Source: Planctomycetota bacterium (lineage in GTDB: Bacteria > Planctomycetota > UBA1135 > UBA2386). Taken from it: a DNA stretch of 64,000 bases. The translations under genes were made by a program, and so were the position numbers. Each line of letters starts with the position of its first letter. Positions within the stretch are counted from its first letter, which is position 1. The notes under the pieces are model-generated. The model did no database searches and was not told the DNA's origin. It was given only the letters and a program-made list of their open reading frames with translations. This document shows, piece after piece, positions 58,813 to 64,000 of the stretch. Location of the stretch: assembly GCA_046290465.1 (NCBI GenBank), contig JBKAGP010000001.1:384001-448000 (forward strand), read 5' to 3'.

Positions 58813-61800
58813 CGCCGTTCCTCCCGAGCCCAGTCGTCGAGTGCTTCGACCAGCGCGCGCGGCGGCCGATCGTGGAACATGCCGCTGGTCTCGCCCGGCA
58901 GCGCGCCGCGCAGGAACGCGTAGCAGGCGCCGCCGAAGTGGCGATCGTAGTCGTAGTCGGGCAGGCGCGCGGTCAGGTGGCGGTGCCAGGCGAGCACGTA
59001 GAGGTGGTACTGCAGCACGTAGTCGTGGTGCTGCATCGCGTCGCGCACCGCCTCGTCGCTGTAGTCGGAGGCCTCGTTGCCGAGGTGGTTCGACTTCCAG
59101 TCGACGACCCAGTAGCGGCCGTCGTGCTCGGCGATCAGGTCGGCGAAGCCGGTCAGGAAGCCGGCCAGCGCGCGCGGGTTCAGCATGCGCAGGCGGTCGG
59201 CGTAGTCCGCGGCGACCTCGCCGCCGTGCTCGGCGAACCGCGTGGCCAGGCCCTGCGGGTCGGGCACCCCGATCGGCATCGTGAACTTCCACTCGACCAG
59301 GCGCCGGCCGCGGCACAGCTCGGCAATCGACGGGCCGTCGGCCGACGTGCGCGCCGCGGCGAGGTCGCGCAGGTTCTGCAGCACCGCGCCGGCCGGATCG
59401 AGGTCGCCCGGGTGGGCGTCGGCGTCGGCGAGGCCGTGGTGGGTCAAGGTGCGCTCGACGGCCCGGCGCGCGGCGTGCTCGTCGAGTCGGTCGAGGTCGA
59501 CGTTCTCGAGGATCGTGTGCAGGCACTGGCCGGCCTCGGCGCCGCGCGCGAAGCCGAAGATGCCGTCGCCCGGCGCGTCGTTGCGCAGCGCCGGGTCGCG
59601 GACCTCGTGCGCGTGGGCGCCCGGCTCGCTGCCGGCGACCAGCGACGAGAAGCTGTGCACTGCCAGCGGGCGGCGGCCGGGGACCTCGCGGCGGCGGCCG
59701 GCGACGACCGCGCGGCGCGCCGGCGATCCGGTCCGTTCGTCGGCTACCGGTGCGCGTGCCGCCGCGGCCTGCGCGGCCCGATCGACGCTAGCCCGGTCGA
59801 CGCTGGCCCGGTCGACGCCGATGCGGTCGACGCCGATAGCACCGTGGGTCGCCTCGACGAGCTTGTCGAGTTCGGCGTACATCGAGCCGGAGCCGGCGCG
59901 GTAGGCCTTGCCCCACTCGATCTGCCAGCCCTGCTTGTCGGCGGCCGGCGACGGGTCGAGCAGCCAGGCCAGCGCGCTCCAGTGGTAGCCGCCCTGGTAG
60001 GTGCCGATCGGCGCCCAGTGCACGTAGCAGCGCCGCTTGGCGCGGGTCAGCGCGACGTAGCACAGGCGCACGTCCTCGGCGAGGCGGTCGGCCTCGAGGC
60101 GCTGCCAGTCCGGATCGGCCTTGTCGGTCTCGAACGCAAACCGGCGGCCGCGCTCGGGTTCGTCGCCGCGCGGCAGCGAGACGTTGCGGGTCTGCTCGTT
60201 GCGCCCGTCCCACAAGAACGGACAGAACACCACGTCGTACTCGAGGCCCTTGCTGCCGTGCATCGTCAGGATCTGCACCGCGTCCTCGTCGGATTCGAGG
60301 CGCAGCTCGCGGCGCTGGTAGTCGATCTCGTCCTTGTGGGTGCGCTCGTGCCGCAGCCAGTGCAGCAGGCCTTCGGGCGACAGCCGGTGGTCGTGCTCCG
60401 CTTCGTGCAGCATCTCGCACAGCTGCTGCAGGTTGGTCAGCCGGCGTTCCCCGTCGTTGCGCGCGAGCATGCGCGTGTCGGCCTCGAGCTCCTGCAAGAG
60501 CTGCTCCTTCATCGCGACGAAGCCGCGATGGATCCACAGCTGGCGCCAGCGATCGAGGCGCATCAGCTCGGCCTCGAGGCGGTGTTCGTCGCGGTCGAGT
60601 TCGACCAGGTCGAGCGCGTCGAGCCCCCAGATGCGCGTGGTCAGCGCCGCGCGGGCGCGCATCAGGTCGTTGGGGCGCAGGATCGCGACCAACAGCCGTT
60701 CGAGTTCGATCAGCTCCTCGGTCTCGAACACGTCACCGGCCTTGCCGATCACCGACACCACCCCGGCTTCCCGCAGGTGCTCCTGCACCAGCACCGCCTC
60801 GACGTTGCGGCGCGTCAGCACCGCGATGTGGCGCGGCAGCAGCGGCTTGCCGTCGCGCTGCACGCCGCCGTCGAGCAGGCGGCGGATCTCGGCGGTGACG
60901 TCGGCGGCGATGCGACGGCGGCTTTCGTCGGGCTTGAGGTGGGTGGGCTGGCCCTTGCCGTCCTGCTCGAACGCGAACGTGCGGAAGCGCAGCGCCGGTG
61001 CGGTGCGCGTCGCGTCGGCGGGATCGTCGAGCTGGAGCTCGGTCGGTCCGGCGTTGGCGCGCACCTTGTGCATGCGGATGTCGTGCTCGACGAACGCGCC
61101 GGTGCGCCCGAACAGCTGGTTGACCGACTGGACCAGCTGCTGCGACGAACGGAAGTTGCGATCGAGCGTGTTCTTGGTGACGGCGTCCTCGACCGCGGTC
61201 AGGTAGGTGCGCAGGTCGGCGCCGCGGAAGCCGTAGATCGACTGCTTGGGGTCGCCGACCAGGAACAGCGGCCGGTTGGCGAACGCCGTCGACAGGATCT
61301 CGTATTGGCGGTCGTCGGTGTCCTGGAACTCGTCGATCAGCGCGACGCGGTAGCGCTCGCCGAGCGCGCGCAGCAGCGGCTCGCGGCGGCGCGGGTGGCG
61401 GATTGCGCCGTGCGCCTTGCCCAGCAGGTCGTCGAACGTCAGCACCGCGCGGTCCTGCTTGAGCGCCGACAGCCGGACGTCCATGCGTCGCAGCAGCTCC
61501 GTGCGCAGGTGGTCGAGCGTCACCTGCCAGCGTGCGTGCACCTCCTCGCAGCCGGCGAAGAACGGCCGCTCCAGCTTGAACTCGTCGTTCTTCAGGATGC
61601 GCTTCTTCATCGGCGTCGGCGCCAGCGTGTCGAGGAACTCGAGGCAGCGCTCGGGGTGCTCGACCATCCAGGCGGCGTGTTGGCGCAGGTAGCCGTGCAG
61701 ATCGCCACGGCCCGGCGCCTTGTTGCTGTCGCCGGCCTTGCGCCAGCGGAACCCCTCGATGTCGCCGATCAGCTGGTCGTCCCACGTCGCCGCCGCCGCA

Positions 61801-62453
61801 TGCACGGCGGCGCGCAGGTTGCTCAGGTGCACGCCGAACTGCGGCTCGTCGGGATCGAGCGCGGCGTCGGGGTAGCGCCGCCAGCCGCGGTAGAGGCGGA
61901 CCAGTTCGTCCGGGGGCAGCTTGGCGTGGTGCATCACCGCGCCGAACATCGGGCCGTCGTGCTCGCGCAGCGAGCGCAGCGCGTCGGCCGCCGCGTCGTG
62001 CCACAAGGGGCCCTCGTCGACGGCGAAGTCGAGGTCGAACGGCTGGTCGCTCTCGAACGCGGACTCCTCAAGCAGGCGCTTGCAGAAGCCGTGGATGGTC
62101 ATCACCGAGGCCTGGTCGAACTCGTCGAGCGCGCGCCGCAGCCGCTGGGCTCCCTGCTTGCCGTGGCGACGCAGCCCGGCGAAGAACTCGTCCTGGTCGT
62201 CGGCGCCGAGGCACACGGCCAGCGCGCGTCGGATGCCGGCCCGCAGGCGGTTCTTGAGTTCGTCGGCGGCGGCGACCGTGAACGTCACCACCAGCGCCTG
62301 CTCGACGTGCTCGACCACCCCTTCGAGCAGCATGCGCACCAGGATGCCGGTGATCGTGTAGGTCTTGCCGGTGCCCGCGCTCGCCTCGAGCAGCACGGTG
62401 CCTTCGTCGAGCGGCGCGTCGGCCAGCGCGAACCGTTGGTAGCCGTTGGCCAT
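58809..62453 (-). CDS. recB: exodeoxyribonuclease V beta subunit
   Basis: LEASAGTGKTYTI, VTFTVAAADELK, TIHGFC, LIDEFQDTD, VGDPKQSIYGFRGAD, TMHGSKGLEY, YVALTRAK; nuclease GFADL..VVDWKSN, QYHLY. Confidence 0.96.
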   Translation of the reverse strand: MANGYQRFALADAPLDEGTVLLEASAGTGKTYTITGILVRMLLEGVVEHVEQALVVTFTVAAADELKNRLRAGIRRALAVCLGADDQDEFFAGLRRHGKQGAQRLRRALDEFDQASVMTIHGFCKRLLEESAFESDQPFDLDFAVDEGPLWHDAAADALRSLREHDGPMFGAVMHHAKLPPDELVRLYRGWRRYPDAALDPDEPQFGVHLSNLRAAVHAAAATWDDQLIGDIEGFRWRKAGDSNKAPGRGDLHGYLRQHAAWMVEHPERCLEFLDTLAPTPMKKRILKNDEFKLERPFFAGCEEVHARWQVTLDHLRTELLRRMDVRLSALKQDRAVLTFDDLLGKAHGAIRHPRRREPLLRALGERYRVALIDEFQDTDDRQYEILSTAFANRPLFLVGDPKQSIYGFRGADLRTYLTAVEDAVTKNTLDRNFRSSQQLVQSVNQLFGRTGAFVEHDIRMHKVRANAGPTELQLDDPADATRTAPALRFRTFAFEQDGKGQPTHLKPDESRRRIAADVTAEIRRLLDGGVQRDGKPLLPRHIAVLTRRNVEAVLVQEHLREAGVVSVIGKAGDVFETEELIELERLLVAILRPNDLMRARAALTTRIWGLDALDLVELDRDEHRLEAELMRLDRWRQLWIHRGFVAMKEQLLQELEADTRMLARNDGERRLTNLQQLCEMLHEAEHDHRLSPEGLLHWLRHERTHKDEIDYQRRELRLESDEDAVQILTMHGSKGLEYDVVFCPFLWDGRNEQTRNVSLPRGDEPERGRRFAFETDKADPDWQRLEADRLAEDVRLCYVALTRAKRRCYVHWAPIGTYQGGYHWSALAWLLDPSPAADKQGWQIEWGKAYRAGSGSMYAELDKLVEATHGAIGVDRIGVDRASVDRASVDRAAQAAAARAPVADERTGSPARRAVVAGRRREVPGRRPLAVHSFSSLVAGSEPGAHAHEVRDPALRNDAPGDGIFGFARGAEAGQCLHTILENVDLDRLDEHAARRAVERTLTHHGLADADAHPGDLDPAGAVLQNLRDLAAARTSADGPSIAELCRGRRLVEWKFTMPIGVPDPQGLATRFAEHGGEVAADYADRLRMLNPRALAGFLTGFADLIAEHDGRYWVVDWKSNHLGNEASDYSDEAVRDAMQHHDYVLQYHLYVLAWHRHLTARLPDYDYDRHFGGACYAFLRGALPGETSGMFHDRPPRALVEALDDWAREERR

Positions 62454-64000
62454 CACGTCACCTCCTTCAGGAAGCTCAGCGCCGGCTGCCACAGCTCGCT
62501 GGCCAGTCGGTAGAACTCGCCGTCGACGCCGGCGTCGATCGGGTCGCGGTCGCGCATGCACAGCGCGACCGCCTCGTCGCCAAGGTCGTAGCGAAACGGC
62601 TCGCTGCGATCGCCGAGTTCGTACTCGCGGCGGGCGCGGCGCAGCAGGGACTCGGGGTCCTTCTTGCCGCCGCTGCCGACCACGAACGAGCTGCGTTCGA
62701 AGAACGGCAGCGGACGGGTCAGGCCGGTGCGGAACAGCTGCACCAGCCGTGCGAGCAACGTCACGGCCTGGTCGCCGGGCACCGGCAGGAACTCGTGCTC
62801 GGCGTCGCCGGACAGCACCCGGGTCCGGTTCGGCCAGGCGGGCTCGGCGTCCGGCTGCTGCGCTGCCTGCAGGCACAGCACCAGGTGTTCGATCCAGGCG
62901 CGCATGCGATCCTTGGCCTTCAGCTTGCTCACCCGCATGTAGGTGCGACCGTCCGGGCCGAAGCCGTGCATCTGGCCGGTCAGTCGGGCGCCGGGAGCAT
63001 CGGCACGACCCAGCTGCACGTCGACGCGACGCGCCACGGTGTGCGCGTACTGCCGCGCCTCGTGCAGCAGCCTCTGGGTGTCCGCGCGCAGCGCATGGAA
63101 CGCGACGTCGCCCTGCGCGCCGACCGGCAGCACCCCGTGCTGTCGCGTCCACGCCAGCGGGTCGCCGTGCTCGTCGTCGCCGCGCTGCGCCCGCCGCACC
63201 GCCTCGTCCTGCAGGTGGTAGCGCGTCAGGCCGTCGATCTCGAACGGCTCCGCCGCGTCCTCCTGCTCCTCGTCCTGGCGCACGCGAACGCGCAGGCCGC
63301 GCTGCAGGAAGAACCGGCACGGGTGCCACCAGAACTGCAACAGGTCGTCGAGCGCGACGTGCTCGCGCGCGTCCTCGGGCACCTCGAGCACCGCCTCGTC
63401 GGGCGGGCACCACGGCGCCGGGCCGGCGTCGTCGTCGCCGATCGCCGGTTGCCGCGCGTAGGTGAACAGCCGCGCGTCGCCGCCGCCCCGGTAGCGCGGG
63501 CTCCAAGGCTGCAGCGGGTGGCCGACGACCAGCAGTTCGGTCGCGCTGCGGCGGCCCTCGGTGGTGCAGGTCCGTTCGACGTGTTCGAGCAGCTCCGACA
63601 GCACCACCGACGGCGCGCCCTCGGCGTTGTCCTTGGCCGAGTGGCCGACGAACGTCAGGTGCAGCCGGTCGCGCGCCGCGAGCATCAGGTCGAGGAACAG
63701 CTGGCGGTCGTCGAGGCGGCGGCTGCGGTCGCCCGGCCGCGCCCTGGCGGCGATCAGGTCGAACGGCGACGGGTTGTCGCGCCGCGGGAACGACTCGTCG
63801 TCGAGGCCGCAGACGAACAAGGCCCGGACCGGCACGGCGCGCATCGGCAGCATCGCCGCGAAGGTGATCGCGCCGCCGAGGAAGCCGCGGTCACTCTGGC
63901 CGGGCAGGCGGCTGTGGCTGGCGCCGTGCGCGAGCGCGCCCTCGAGCCACGCGTGCATCACCGCCGGCTGCAGCCGTTCGACGTGCGCGGCGGTGCGCGC
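62453..64000 (-). CDS. recC: exodeoxyribonuclease V gamma subunit, C-terminal part (5' end outside the window)
   Basis: FLGGAITFAAMLPMRAVP, GLDDESFPR, GDRSRRLDDRQLFL, PSVVLSEL, HPLQPWS, FWWHPCRFFL; stop overlaps the recB ATG. Confidence 0.93.
   Translation of the reverse strand, partial: ARTAAHVERLQPAVMHAWLEGALAHGASHSRLPGQSDRGFLGGAITFAAMLPMRAVPVRALFVCGLDDESFPRRDNPSPFDLIAARARPGDRSRRLDDRQLFLDLMLAARDRLHLTFVGHSAKDNAEGAPSVVLSELLEHVERTCTTEGRRSATELLVVGHPLQPWSPRYRGGGDARLFTYARQPAIGDDDAGPAPWCPPDEAVLEVPEDAREHVALDDLLQFWWHPCRFFLQRGLRVRVRQDEEQEDAAEPFEIDGLTRYHLQDEAVRRAQRGDDEHGDPLAWTRQHGVLPVGAQGDVAFHALRADTQRLLHEARQYAHTVARRVDVQLGRADAPGARLTGQMHGFGPDGRTYMRVSKLKAKDRMRAWIEHLVLCLQAAQQPDAEPAWPNRTRVLSGDAEHEFLPVPGDQAVTLLARLVQLFRTGLTRPLPFFERSSFVVGSGGKKDPESLLRRARREYELGDRSEPFRYDLGDEAVALCMRDRDPIDAGVDGEFYRLASELWQPALSFLKEVT

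Overview
This is a very GC-rich, densely coding bacterial chromosomal window with about 45 CDS and 2 tRNAs. I saw no integrase, transposase, CRISPR array or rRNA. The gene content points to Planctomycetota (inference): ECF sigma/Ser-Thr kinase cassettes, VPS10/BNR propellers and several N-anchored carboxypeptidase-regulatory-like proteins. Left to right: two tandem VPS10/sortilin-like propeller genes (one with an inserted PDZ domain); a beta-sandwich repeat protein; a Ser/Thr kinase with a degenerate NTPase and TPR region; cysS; a lipoprotein-type msrB; two back-to-back ECF cassettes (anti-sigma type and kinase type); an RluA-family synthase; a GH63-like glucosidase; a RidA / Cys-phosphatase lipoprotein / IMPase(HisN) operon; an exosortase-A-like EPS locus (wza, chain-length protein, O-ligase, amidotransferase, two GT4, exosortase-EpsI fusion, deacetylase) facing a giant TPR gene and a sigma54 response regulator; a DUF58-BatABCD operon lacking MoxR; convergent tRNA-Leu(UAA) and tRNA-Cys with a 14-bp tandem repeat between them; NIL-ggt-rpe-accD-truD; and recCBD. 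The strongest candidates for undescribed biology are the exosortase locus with no visible PEP-CTERM substrate or PrsK kinase, the PDZ-inserted sortilin-like pair, the phospho-ECF cassette, a possible inositol-phosphate module, and a recurrent leaderless-promoter signature. All calls come from reading motifs by eye; no HMM or BLAST was run. Many starts were moved downstream of the ORF-track starts.
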